Assembly: GCF_009914755.1 (NCBI RefSeq)
Contig: NC_060931.1
DNA from: the human T2T-CHM13v2.0 reference genome, Homo sapiens
Length of the DNA: 64,000 nucleotides
Reading direction: 5' to 3' (one strand)
Shown piece by piece: positions 42,475 to 55,834 of this stretch (positions within the stretch are counted from its first letter, which is position 1; every line of letters starts with the position of its first letter). A model generated the notes under the pieces. It did no database searches. It was not told where the DNA came from and worked only from the letters and a program-made list of their open reading frames with translations. Both the position numbers and the translations under genes were made by a program.

Positions 42475-43959
42475 ATAGTATTCAGCTATTATTTGGCTGC
42501 TCCCATGGTTGTTGCATGGATGAATTCTCCCAAATACATATCCATTTTATTTGCAATAGGATAGATGACATCTGGTAGAGTTAAGAAATCTCCAGATTAA
42601 TCATATTTGCAATATACCCTGGCTAATTCCATTCAACCTCAAGATCCTTTACAAATACCTCCTTCATGTAGACTCTTCCATGACTAACCTTGACCAAAAA
42701 AAATCATGTATATTTCTCCAAATTCTCAAAAATACCATAACTGTGGCTGGCCCATCCTTGTGATTTAACACATATTGTCTTGTATTCTCAATTATACTTC
42801 TTTTTATTTATGAATTGTCTTCCTAACAAGACTTTGAGCTACCCCAAAGTAGAAACTATGTGTAATTTCCTCCTTTCTTCCTCCCTTGTGATAGCAATAG
42901 TAATAATATTAATAATACTCTCTCATATCTTTAGCTAAGGCAATTCCCCATAAGGGCTGACAGCTGAAGGCTCTCTGCTGGCAGCACTCCCAACAGATAA
43001 ATCCTTCACTCCTAAAGGGGGACCTGGTTGGTGCATTGAAACTTCCATTATAATATTAAATTAGTCGTAGATATAATAAGCATAAGATACTTTCTCACCT
43101 TAGGCAGAGATCTTCTGTATGTCCCTTTGTGATAGTGTCTGTGCAGACTTTTCTAGGGGAATAGATTGGATGACCTCTGTAGGTTGACATTGTTTATTAT
43201 CAGCCCATAAATCAATGGCAGGTGGGAGGCTTTCCTGGGCAAGCCATTATGTTTCTAGTAAATACTAACGTCAATGTGAACCAAAAGATAGGTATCTATT
43301 TGAGTAACATGTTCAATTACAGGTTCAAGGAATCCCATTTATGGTTCTCTTCCCCAAACCAAACTTAAGAGACGCTGATGAAAAGCTCAGAGCTGGCACT
43401 GAAAATGTTAAAAATTAAGAAACTGTGAGAAACTCTTTGAGAAATAGAAGGTAGTTGGGTCTAGGGTAGGGTAGATAATGAGAAGCTCTCTAAAGCCCTG
43501 AATGAGGATAGGCTGGCAGATAATTTTTTAGTTGTGTTGTTTTGTCTCCCCAGCATTGCCCTGGGAAGATCACTGCCTTCTCTGCTATAATCACAGGATC
43601 AGAAGGATAATATCCTAAGAGTGTCCAAAGCTGCAGAGCTAAGTAACAAATAACAAAAGTGTAGATGGGCTAGCAGGTACCTGAGAATCTTGCTCCTCCT
43701 CAAACTATCCTATAGTTTGAGCAATGATAGTATCGTTGGATAAAAGCTATTCCTGGGAAGAGAAACTAAACTCTGAAGGTGGAGAAAATGCATACAGGGG
43801 TAGCTTAATCTTGTGTTTTAACACAAGGGCCTCTCCACCATAAGGCAGTCCCCCTGAATCACTTGGTATAACACTCCCTGTCTCCTAACTAACCTGGTGA
43901 AGAAGTAGCCAGGGTCAAAGAAGTTTTTGCTCCTCTCTCCAGGTAGACATTACTAACTG

Positions 43960-44395
43960 AATATACTAGTCATGGTCCCAGGGAGACGATGGGACCATTT
44001 TAATAATAAGACTATTTACAGTTAGGCAGTCAGCATATCACAGTATCTAAGTGCTAGTTACAGGCCTGAAAGGGGACAGAGAAGTAGGTACTATCAGAAT
44101 CAAAAAAAAAGGAAGCCATTTGGAGAGGCCTGTCTTGATGGAATTCTGATCTTTAATCATTGACACAGCTGACAGCATAAGGAGAGAAGTGAGAGAATAA
44201 ATACCCTTGACTTCACATTCTTCTCTCCCAATATTCTCCTCCTGGAGCTCCCCAGTGGCTGAATCCAATGGGAAGGCAGAGAGCAAGGGGGTTTATTGAT
44301 GTTGTTTGTACAGGTCAGCCTCCAGGAGCACTGAGCAGGGTAGGAAGAATGGAGAGGGGATCTGGAGGGGTAAACAGAAGATCTCCAGAACACCA
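43960..44395 (-). mobile_element. LTR33-like ERVL LTR
   Basis: TACAGGTCAGCCTCC..GGATCTGGAGGGGTAAACAGAAGATCTCCAGAACA. Confidence 0.6.
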
Positions 44396-44399
44396 AGTT

Positions 44400-45500
44400 A
44401 GCAGATAATCCCAAGGGACAAATAATGAGATATCTTGTGAGCACAAACACTATAAAATAAAAGCAAATAATGAAAAACTTGCACCAAAAATAAGCAAAAT
44501 GAAAGAAACAGACAAAAACTTAAATAAATCAGAAAATTCAGGGATAAGGGGGTATATCAGAAACACAAGGTGGAAAAAAAGCAATGATGAAAAATAGCCA
44601 ATAGGACATTTGCCATGGAAATTAACACAACAAATGGATTTAACAGCAGGATAGATACAGTCAAAGAACAAATTAATGAACTAGAAGATTAGGCCAAGGA
44701 ACTCTTCCAGAAGGTGCTGGGAAAGTATGACAAGATGAAGAGAATGAAATATTGGAGAAAAGTTAGTATCTATCTGGTGGCGCCCCAGATGCAGATTAAA
44801 ACCAAAGAAACAAAATACACTTTAAGATATAATAATCAAGAGTCTCTCAGAATTGAATAAACATCACAAACTTCAGAAAGGCAGGATTTATAGTGCTGAA
44901 AAGGGCAGAGAAAAAAAACCCACCCTAAATACATTAAAGTGAAATTGTAAAACATTAAAGAAAAAGAAAATCAGATTTCTCAACTGCAAAACCGAATAGA
45001 AGACAAGTATATAATCTTTTTAAAGTACCAAAGGAAAACAACTTTCAACCTTGAATTTTATAATCAGCTAATCTATTACTTAAATGTAACAATGAGATAA
45101 AAATATTATCAGGTATACATGTCTCAGAAAGTTTACTACACCAACACTCTCTTTCACAAAACACTTTGAGTATGTATTCTAGCAAGAAGAGAAATTAGTA
45201 CAGAAGGAGGCAACAAAATATGGAAAGAAAGGATAAATATATAGTAAGATTTATTTTTGTTTAGATTGTCTTGGCCAAGACAAACAAAAAAACTATATCC
45301 ATAATCATCCAGAAGTAAAATGTTAGCTGATACTCATATGGTGGGGGTGTGCATGGGAAGGTATCAAAGAGAAGGGAATGACAATATGCTAAATTTCCTG
45401 ACTTCCTTGGGAGGAAACATAGTTTCTGACTATCTATGATATTGATAGATAAAAGATAAGCATAAAAGAGAATTTAATAAATTAGCATTAACTATCTTGA
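44400..45500 (+). mobile_element. HAL1/old L1 ORF1-like remnant
   Basis: AATTAATGAACTAGAAGAT (coiled-coil region) and CAACCTTGAATTTTATAATCAGCTAATCTA (ORF1 C-terminus). Confidence 0.55.
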
Positions 45501-45519
45501 GAAGAGTAATCATCTTTTA

Positions 45520-46215
45520 ATTTTTATTTTTGAATTATGGCTACATTTTAGTTGTACATATTTATAGAGTATATGTGATACTTTGCTACACACATACAAT
45601 GTATAATAATCGTATTACTCCATTTTTATGCTGCTGATAAGGACATACCTGATACTGAGAAGAAAAAGAGGTTTAATTTAATTGGATTTACCATTCCACA
45701 TGGCTGGGGAGGCCTCAGAATCATGGCAGGAGGTGAAAGGCACTTCTTACACAGCAGCAGCAAGAGAAAATGAGGAGTAAGCAAAAGCAGGAGCCCCTGA
45801 TAAACCCATCAGATCTTGTGAGACTTATTCACTATCACAAGAATAGCACAGGAAAGACCGGCCCCCATGATTCAATTACCTCTCCTAGGGTCCCTCCCAC
45901 AACACAGGGGAATTCTGGGAGATACAATTCAAGTTGAGATTTGAATGGGGACACAGCCAAACCATATCAATAATAAAATCAGAGCAATCTGGATATCCAT
46001 CACCTCAATAATTTATTTCTTTGTGTTAAGAATATTCCAATTCCACTTTTTAAAGCTAATTTGAAATATACAATAAGTTATTGTTAACTATGATTACCTA
46101 TTGTGCTTCTTCACGCTAGATCTTGCTCCTTCTATGTAACTGTATTTTTGTACCCACTTACCATCCCCTCTTTAACCTCCCTATTACCTTTTCAGGTCTC
46201 TAGTAGCCATCATTC
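45520..46215 (-). mobile_element. L1MA 3' end, split by THE1A
   Basis: GTTGTACATATTTATAGAGTATATGTGATA..GAAATATACAATAAGTTATTGTTAACTA. Confidence 0.8.
45611..45969 (-). mobile_element. THE1A MaLR solo LTR
   Basis: AAGAAAAAGAGGTTTAA..CCCCTGATAAACCCATCAGATC..CAGCCAAACCATATCA; perfect 5-bp TSD ATAAT. Confidence 0.9.
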
Positions 46216-46410
46216 AAGAACAGTAATAGATTTTTAATGTTCAAACACAAGAAGACAATTGTAATCTATCCAATGGAAGACAGGAAACAAACAACAACAA
46301 AAAAAGAATTTTTGTAAATCAGAAATCTATGTAAATGGAGCAAACTAATTGCAGATTTTTAGACTGGATTTAGGGGTAAAATCCAGTAATAAATTGTTTA
46401 CAACAGAACC

Positions 46411-46780
<370 letters not shown>

Positions 46781-47636
46781 TGACTTCAGATATGGTTAAA
46801 TGAGAAAAAAATGAGATAATTTTAATAAATGGGGAAAATCATTTGATAAACTTTACCTATATTTTCTGATGCAGGAGCAACGCAAATAAAACAGAATAGA
46901 GATTGTAGCAATCAATCCACAAATATATAAGAACTCTATACACAATAGTGATAACATTATAAGTAGTAAAAAAGCAAGAATCATTTAGTAGATGGAGTTA
47001 GAATATATATAGAAAAATAGGTGATGGCTTAAGAATAATTTAGTAGAGGTTATTTCACTACATAGAGAACAACAAGGATGCTCTCTATGTTGAACTATAT
47101 TAATTAGAATTGGGTTTATATACATTTAACAAAAAAAGTGGCAATGGTTTAAACAAGGGAGAAGCTTATTTCTCTCTCCTGTAAGAGAAGTCCAGAGGTA
47201 GGATTAAAGGCTGGAATTGTAACTCTATAGTGTCATCAAATCCTTCCCATCTTTCTGTTCAGCCACACTCAGCATATAGCACCCACCCTCAAGGTCCTTC
47301 CATGGCCCAAGATGATTGCTGATACTCCAGACATTATTTCAGCAGTCTAGGTTGGTAGTAAAAAGAATCAAGGAGAGAGAAGGAGGAACTTATATTCTCC
47401 ATTTTAAAGAATCTTCCCAGGAATAACTATAGTACATATTTCAGAGAGTTGCTGTGAGGTATGAACACAAGTTCTTGGTCCATTTCCTGGCCATAGAAAT
47501 GTTAGCTATTATTGTTGTTGTTGAGAATTCAGGCACAAACAGTAATTACAATTCAGTGTAGTAAATGTCTGGTAGGTGATACAGGCACAGAAAAGGACCC
47601 TGTGTGTTAGGGAAGGCTCTATACAGGAGGTCATAG

Positions 47637-49038
47637 TGAGAGGTGACAGTGTGCTGGCAATCCTCACAGCCCTCGCTCGCTCTCGGTGCCTCCTCTGTTG
47701 GGCTCCCACTTTGGCGGCACTTGAGGAGCCCTTCAGCCCGCGGCTGCACTGTGGGAGCCCCTTTCTGGGCTGGTCAAGGCCGGAGCCCGCTCCCTCAGCT
47801 TGCGGGGAGGTGTACAGGGAGAGGCGTGGGCAGGAACCGGGGCTGTGCCTGGTGCTTGCAGGCCAGCGCAAGTTCCGGGTGGACATGGGCTCCGCGGACC
47901 CGGGCGGACCCGGCACTCGGAGCAGCCAGCCGGCCCCACCGGCCCCGGGCAGTGAGGGGCTTAGCACCTGGGCCAGCAGCTGCTGTGCTCAATTTCTCGC
48001 CAGGCCTTAGCTGCCTTCCAGTGGAGCAGGGCTTGGGACCTGCAGCCCGCCATGCCTAAGCCTCCCCGCCCCACCCACCGTGGGCTCCTGTGCGGCCCCA
48101 GCCTCCCTGGTGAGCACTGCCCAGTGCTCCACAGCGCCCAGTCCCATCGACCACCCAAGGGCTGAGGAGCGCAGGTGCACAGCGCGGGACTGGCAGGCAG
48201 CTCCACCTGCAGCCCCAGTGCGGAATCCACTGGGTGAAGCCAGCTGGGCTCCTGAGTCTGGTGTGGACATGGAGAACCTTTATGTCTAGCTAAGGGATTG
48301 TAAATACACCAATCGGCACTCTGTATCTAGCTCAAGGTTTGTAAACACACCAATCAGCACCCTGTGTCTAGCTCAGGGTTTGTGAATGCACCAATCAACA
48401 CTCTGTATCTAGCTACTCTGGTGGGGACTTGGAGAACCTTTGCGTGGACACTCTGTATCTAGCTAATCTGGTGGGGATGTGGAGAACCTTTGTGTCTAGC
48501 TCAGGGATTGTAAACGCACCAAATCAGTGCCCTGTCAAAACAGACCACTCGGCTCTACCAATCAGCAGGATGTGGGTGGGGCCAGATAAAAGAATAAAAG
48601 CAGGCTGCCCAAGCCAGCAGTGGCAACCTGCTCGGGTCCCCTTCCACAGTGTGGAAGCTTTGTTTTTACGCTCCTTGCAATAAATCTTACTGCTGCTCAC
48701 TCTTTGGGTCCACACTGCCTTTATGAGCTGTAACACTCACTGCGAAGGTCTGCAGCTTCACTCCTGAAACCAGCGAGACCACGAACCCACCAGAAGGAAC
48801 GAACAACTGCAGACGCGCCGCCTTAAGAGCTGTAACACTCACCGCGAAGGTCCTCAGCTTCGCTCCCGAGCCAGCGAGACCACGAACCCACCAGAAGGAA
48901 GAAACTCCTAACACAACTGAACATCAGAAGGAACAAACTCCGGACACGCCGCCTTTAAGAACTGTAACACTCACCGCGAGGGTCCGCGGCTTCATTCTTG
49001 AAGTCAGTGAGACCAAGAACCCACCAATTCCAGACACA
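47637..49038 (+). mobile_element. LTR12C (ERV9) solo LTR
   Basis: TGAGAGGTGACAG..CCAATTCCAGACACA; GC-rich U3, 41-bp CCAAT repeats, three GTAACACTCAC U5 repeats; 4-bp TSD ATAG. Confidence 0.95.
48270..48640 (+). promoter_or_regulatory. LTR12C U3 enhancer/promoter
   Basis: CCAAT at 48309, 48350, 48391 and 48558; GTGGGTGGGG; GATAA; TATA-like AATAAAA at 48593-48599. Confidence 0.7.
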
Positions 49039-50880
49039 ATAGTTAGGCTGTGTCTTGAAGTATGAGTAAGAGTTCACCTACAAAGAGAAAAATTAACCGC
49101 TAGTTAGAAGAAACAGCACATTTACTGGTGTGATCATTAGAAAAGTGTGGAGTATTCAGGGGATGTTGAGAAGTTCAATGTGGCTAGGTTCATGGGCATG
49201 TGTCCAAGTTCAGGAGGCGCCCTGGGGCCTTCTCTGCCATATCCTTGAGCAATGGGAATAGAAAACCAGCAGAAAAGAACTTCAGCTTGTGAGTGACACA
49301 ATTATACTTGTATTGTATTGCATTTTCTGTTCCCTTATCCCCCAGATTCACATGAATAAAACTGTGATTATGCTTCTTTCAAAAAAAAAAAAAAATCTTC
49401 CCAAGGGTTTTATGCATACTTTTGTTTATATCAAATAGATGACATTTAAGTAAAATGGCCTCACCTAGCTGTAAGAGAGTCCAGGAAATGAGTCTTTATT
49501 ATGGGCAACAATATGTTCATCTAAAAACTGAGGTTCTACGCCAAAAAAAAATAATAATAATAAATATGTAGAGGGAACTAGACAGTATTAACTACAAAAA
49601 AAAAAGCTCCAAATTGGTTAAAGACCTAAATATGAGAGGTACAATCATAGAGCCAATTAAATTAATAATATAAAGCTAAGAAAATAAAATGTAGAAGACA
49701 CTTGTAAAATGTATAAAAACATCTTTGTAATACCCGGGGTTGAATTTCAGAAATGAAACATAAGAAACCAAAACCGTAAGAGGAAAATGGGTAGATTATA
49801 TTACAACGGAAGTAAAGATTTCTGTTTAATGAAGGACAATATAAATCAAGTTTCCCACAGAGGAGGTGACAGCCTGGAAAAGGTTTTTTGCAAGACCTTA
49901 AACCAACAAGGGATTAATGTCTAGAAGATACAAAGAACTAAAATTATCAAGAAAAAATAGCTGTATTTTATAACAAGGTCTCTAAAGAGGTGAGTGAGTT
50001 AAAGTGAGGCTGCTAGGGTGGGATCCTAACAAAAAAGATGCTCTTATGTCAGAGATGAGGTTTTCCCCAGCAAGAGTCTAGGAGTACAGATTTATTCACA
50101 TGGTAGGACACTGGTGAATGCCAATAAGCTAAGGACCAGCCACTGAGACAGGTAATAGATGTGCAGGGAACCGGTTATATGGAGATTGTATAGTAAGGTG
50201 AGGATTCCAGTTCACAAGAGACTGGGGTTCCAAGCAACGGCAGAGCTGGATCAAAGCAACTCTGCCTTGATACTAAGCTCACAAACATCTTCCACTCTTT
50301 CCTTTTGTTCCCTACCCTCTCATATACACCACATATTCCCCTAGCCTTCCTCAACTCTATCCCAAGTACCTAAGACCAAAATTGTTCTTAAAAACCTACA
50401 AAAGGAGGTTCCTAAGTGAGTATAAGGCCTAACAATTACCAGAACTCAGAGGTGACTCATGGAGGCAAAATCAAAAATCCTTAACCTCATTATGAACTGG
50501 CTTCCAAAGCGAAATGAACCAGAATGAACTTATTAGGCACAGTAAGTTTGAAGTCAGAAACTTTGCTCTAACCTGAAAAAGGTAGATTGTCAGAGTTCAA
50601 AGGAACCTTACATATTACCTGCTTTATAAACCATTTTGTCATCCATTTATTCAACAACTATTTCCTGAGCACCTACAATGTTTCTGGCATGGTGTGGCAC
50701 TCTGGGGATTCACTGATGAGTCAAAACAGATTGGTTTCTGCCCTTGCCAAGCATGTCTAGTGGTGGAGATAAACAAAGCTCCTCCTTGCCTCTTGAGCTT
50801 TCACAAATGCTATTTCTTCACAAATGCCTGGAAGAATCTTTAAGTGAAAACTTCCTTCCCAAACTTTAGGTTGTGGTTTG

Positions 50881-51169
50881 GGCCAGGTCTCGTGGCTCAT
50901 GCCTGTAATACCAACACTTTGGGAGGCTGAGGTTGGCAGATCACTTGAGGCCAGCAGTTTGAGACCAGCCTCGCCAACATTGTGGAACTCCGTCTCTACT
51001 AAAAGTACAAAAATTAACTGGGTGTGGTGGCCAGCTACTTGGGAGGCTGAGGCATGAGAGTCACTTGAACCCAGGAGGTGGTGGCTGCTGTGGGCCGAGA
51101 TCGTGCCACTGCACTCTAGCCTGGGCAACAGAGTGAGACTCTGCCTCAAAGAAAGAAACAAACAAAAAC
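50881..51169 (+). mobile_element. Alu (Sz/Jb-like)
   Basis: Dimer with a short right-arm deletion; TSD AACTTTAGGTTGTGGT. Confidence 0.93.
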
Positions 51170-51519
51170 AACTTTAGGTTGTGGTCTGAATGTTAACCTC
51201 CCCAGAGAGGCTTGTCCCAACAACTTTGTCCAAAGTAGGTGCTCCTGTGCACTGGCATTGCTCTCTATCACGGCACCCTGTTCATATCGTTCATAGCACT
51301 TATCACTATTTGTTACTGTATGTTTATTGACTTGCTTTGTTCAATGCCAAAAGTTTTCAGACGGGAAACTGAGGTCCAAAGAAGTAAGTGGACATTCAGC
51401 AACTCATCAAAATCTGAATGAAAACTCAAATTGTCTAAGTACATGAAAACTTTAAGAAACTGCACAACTTCTCTGAATCTCAGTTTACCTATCTTTAAAA
51501 TGTGGTCAGTAATTATCCT

Positions 51520-53135
51520 GCCAAGGGAATCAGGCCAGAAAAAAAACAAAATAAAATGTGTCCAGATTGGAAACGAAGAAATAAAACTATCTCTGTTTTA
51601 CATCATATAGGTGGCATGATCTTGTGTACAGAAAATACTAAGAAATCCACACATGGAAAATAAAAGCAAAACCATTACAGCTAATAAACAAGCTTAGCAA
51701 GGTTGCAGCATACAAAATCAATGTACAAAAATCAGTAGTATTTATATACATAAATGAATAATTGGAAAAAGAAATTAAGAAAATAATTTCATTTACATTA
51801 ACATCAGAGAGATTCAAATACCTAGGAATAAATGTAACCAAGGAGGGGCAGGAATTATATATCATAAGCTACAAAATATTGTTGACATAAATTAAAAGAA
51901 AACCTAGATAAAAGAAAAGACAGTCCATGTTCATGGATTGGAACACTTAATATTGTTAAGATGGCAATTCTACAGATTCAATTTATCTCCAGATTCAAAA
52001 CAATTGTTATGAAAATCTTAGCTGGCTCCCCAAGCAATTTTGAAAAAAAGAGCAAAGTTGTAGAACACACACTTTCCATTTCAAATCTTTTATAAAATTA
52101 CTGTCATCATTGGTATATGTATATTTATAGACACAGATCAATGAATAGGATAGGGAGTTCAGAAATAAGCCATGCATTTATGGTCAACTGATTTTGGGCA
52201 AGGATGTCAAGAAAATTCAATGTGGGGAAACAACAGTTTTTCAACAAATTGTGTTGAGACAACTGGATATTAACATACGAAAGAATCAAGTTAGACCCCT
52301 ATCTCATACCATATACAAAAATTAACACAAAATTAATTATAGACCCTAAATGTAAACGCTAAAACTATAAAACTCTTAGAAGAAAACATAATGATAAATC
52401 TTGGTGACCCTGGATCAGGCAATAATTTCTTACATATGTCACCAAAACAACAAACCACAAAAGAAAAAATAGATAGATTGAACATTATTAAACACTTGTC
52501 TTTCAAAGGATAGCATCAATAAAATAAAAATGCAGCTCAGATAATAAAATATTTGCAAATCATGTCTAATGGGTTTGATATTCAGAATATATTTTAAAAA
52601 CTCTTATAGCTCAACAGTAAAAAGACAAATAACCTAATTTTAAAACAAGCAAAAGATTTAGATAGATCTTTGTCCAAAGAAGATATATAAATGGCCAATA
52701 AATACATGAAAAGATCCTCAGCATCATTAGTCATTAGGGAAATGCATGTCAAAACTACAATGAGACACTGCTTCAGACACATTAAGATGGCTCTAAGAGA
52801 AAAGATGGCAATTACAAGTATTGGTGAGAATATGGAGAAATTGGAACCCTCATATCTTGCTGGTGGAAATGTAAAATGGTTAAGCTGCTTTGGAAAATAG
52901 TTTAATGTTCCTCAAAAGATTACACATAGTTATGTCCCAGCAATTCACATATGGTTATATATTCAAGAGTTGAAAACATAATGTTCACACAAAAATTTAT
53001 GTATGAATGTTCACAGTAACATTATTTGTAGTAGCCAAAAGTAAAATCAATACAAACGTTCAGCAGCTCATGAATGGATAAACAAAATGTGGCATATCCA
53101 ATCAATGGAATGTTATTCAGCTATAAAAAGGAATG
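51520..53135 (+). mobile_element. L1MB/L1MC ORF2 fragment
   Basis: CAAAATCAATGTACAAAAATCAG; CCATGTTCATGGATTGGAA; ORF 52691-52900 MANKYMKRSSASLVIREM. Confidence 0.88.
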
Positions 53136-53679
53136 CTTTATGCTCAACCTTCCATCTCCCACAGCCATGATCATGGAATATCTAATAGAACAGACACATT
53201 TTTATAAAATTCTACCTCCTGGCCTCCATCTATTGTTTCCTATTAATCACTACAAATTGGGATCCTTCTCCAAGATTTTAAACTTTGGAACAGATTTAAG
53301 AAGTAGTCAATCCCTCATTCATGTTAGAAGCCATAAGAATTAAACCTAAATTAAAATCAGAAGCTGTTACATACTATGGGAGGACAGCCAGTGTGCTTTG
53401 AGAGGCAAACTAAGCTGATCTCAGGAAGCAGGAGTGCAAAACAAAGAACATGTCCTGGGGACATCCAAGTCCTGATTCCAGACTTTCTGGATGCCAGATG
53501 CATCTGGGACCTTCCCACAGGTTTGGTTGTCCAACCTTTCCTTGGGTTCCGTCAAGCAGTAAGTTGCCTCTCTGCATAAATTAATTCTATCACTGGCAAC
53601 CACACTAAGGACACTTGAACACTGCAAAGTTTATTGTCAATAACCATAATCTCCGGTTATAAAAAAGAAAATGGAACCA

Positions 53680-53915
53680 AGAGCTAACATTTATGGAGTC
53701 CTTACTCTGTCAGACACCATTTTAAGTGGTTTAATGTGTCTTAATTAATCCTCACAACAATCTTATGAGGTAGGGGCTATTCTTTTCCTGTTTTATAGAT
53801 GAAGAAACTGAGGCACAGAAAGGATAGAAACTTATCCATGGTCACGGAGCTAGTGTGTGCCTTGAATAAGTTAGCAATGTCAGTATTCTTAATCATTGTA
53901 CTATATTGCCTTACA
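53680..53915 (-). mobile_element. MIR SINE
   Basis: TTAATCCTCACAACAATCTTATGAGGTAGG..TTTTATAGATGAAGAAACTGAGGCACAGA. Confidence 0.88.
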
Positions 53916-55699
53916 TTGGGTAAAACAATATATATATGTAAATTATTACTATTATTTGGAAGAAATTGACATAGGAAGTTGCCATGTTATGACTAAATAA
54001 CTTCTGAGATGTGGATTTCCTTTACACAGCAATATCTCATAAAGAAACTTTCAAGAACTATCCATGGCATTGGGTACTTTTGACGTATATTTTACATTTT
54101 CTGCCTTTAAATATTTCCATTTATTACCTGAATCCAAATTAACCCATATAGTGGCCTCAGTTATCATGGATGACTGATAAACAGTATTTTGGCTTACATA
54201 GCCACAGAGCTGCAAAAAAAGTCTCTCTCTGTTATGCTTCCAAAGAAAGATATATTCATATTCTGATGTTGTTATTATCAGGAGAGTCAGTAAATGATCT
54301 ACACAGAGTTCACACTAGAGACGTTGACAGTGTATGATCCCATCATCTGAGATGCGTGTAGGTTCTGCTATTGCAGCTGTAAATCAGAAAGACAACACTT
54401 GTGCTGCCTGGTTCTCCTTGCAAGATATCTCTAAATTAAAGTTAAACTCATAAACTGCTTTCTTGAGATGATCAGAAAATCAGATTCTGGGGAATCCAAT
54501 GCTTACCCAATTTATCCCCAGCAGAGGTTGGAAAGTTGTACATTAAGTCTTTCCTGTCTTTCCTCTCAGCCCTCCTTGCTGAAGGAACAGAAAGTATCAA
54601 CTTTCTGTAAAAAAAAAAAAAAAAAAAGCAGCAGCACTTAGGGGAGAGAGGTTTCTTCTTCTGGGCTGTTCAATCCCCTGTGTCTGATTTCCTACAGAGT
54701 GTTAATTATCAGTAGAAACTTGTTAGATGAAGTCTGTGCATTGGGCATCTTTGTGGGAGAAACAGAAATGAAATTACCACTTCATTTCACATAAATATCA
54801 AGCAGTCACTAAGAAGGCAAGAACCAGTACCAACTTCAGATATGAACTGGTGACTTCCAGGGAGCATGCTGGCTTTAGATGTAAGTTAAGCTGGATGCTG
54901 GGATGGGTGAGGAAACCAAGCTAGCCAGAAAATAGCTCCTGCTTGTGCTAGATAATATCTGCAATTCCATGGTGTGAGTTTCACTCCTTAGTTTAAGACT
55001 TTCCTAGGTTATTAAATTGCAATTAATCTAAGGAAGGGAGATATCTTAAATCTTATCAGTTTCTTGTATGTTATTGTGAATGAGTTTCAGATCCTATTCC
55101 GTGAGTAAATTTTAGAAACGGAGAGAATTAGAACAGAATTAGGAAGAGAGACAAGGGCAAGAGCTTGGAAGAAACCCAAGTTGTCTCAATTCCTGCTTTG
55201 CAGTGCTGGCTCTGACTTGTCAGTCTTTTGCTGGACCACTCAGTCACCCGATCCCAAAGGGAACCAGAAAGCCCTCAACTACTCCACAGGAGGCATTGGG
55301 AAGAATTTTGTGGTTAAGAGGAAATCACAGCCCCCTCCCCCCGACAGGTTGGTAACACCTAGTTAGGTCATAAGCCAACATATTTGGTCAACTATAATGG
55401 AGTAACTATTTGGGGCAATGTTCTGTTTGAAGGTGGTGAAGGAAGAAGACCGAAATGAAATACAAATAAAAGTAGTTGTCCTTGTCCTTTGATAATACAG
55501 TAAGAAAAATCATGGAACATAGAAAACAAATAACAATAATGCAAAGCAACATGTCTGATGGTACAAATGTATAACATAGAGGCAGTGTATATAAGTGAAA
55601 ATTGAACCTGAGCAGGATTGGTTACAGAAGACTCTTCTGAAGAGATTAGAGCCCCATCAGAAGCTAATGTCAGTCACAAAGGAGAGGGCATTCCCAGGA

Positions 55700-55834
55700 T
55701 TTTTTTTTTCTTTTTGGTAGAGAAGAAGTCTTGCTGTGTTGCCCAGGCTGGTCTTCAACTCCTGGCCTCAAGCAATTCTCCTGTCTTGGCCTCCCAAACT
55801 GTTGGGATTACAGGCATGAGCCACCACTCCTGGC
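55700..55834 (-). mobile_element. Alu monomer (FLAM-like)
   Basis: GTAGAG..TGTTGCCCAGGCTGGTC..AACTCCTGGCCTCAAGCAAT..GGGATTACAGGCATGAGCCACC. Confidence 0.88.

Larger units (their letters stand above)
47420..49395 (+). pseudogene. L1-mobilised retrocopy of non-coding sequence (orphan transduction or truncated 3' UTR/lncRNA copy) containing LTR12C
   Basis: AATAAA at 49355-49360, 20 nt, A15 at 49381-49395; TSD AAAGAATCTTCCCA (47406-47419)/AAAAAATCTTCCCA (49390-49403); TTTT/AAAG endonuclease-type site. Confidence 0.75.
47095..49597 (-). mobile_element. Old MLT1 (J/K-like) LTR split in two (47095-47419 and 49396-49597)
   Basis: Left part ATGGTTTAAACAAG..AGAAGTCCAGAGGTAGG..CAAGATGATTGCTG; right part ACCTAGCTGTAAGAGAGTCCAGGAAATGAGTCTTT. 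Confidence 0.65.

Noticed and set aside
47509-48914. Many overlapping 65-152 aa ORFs and a CpG-island-like GC-rich stretch
   Set aside because: They lie within LTR12C; GC-rich sequence has few stops and the peptides resemble no protein family I recognise.
48270-49000. Regularly spaced repeats superficially like a CRISPR array
   Set aside because: These are the U3 41-bp and U5 tandem repeats of LTR12, with no unique spacers or cas genes, in human DNA.
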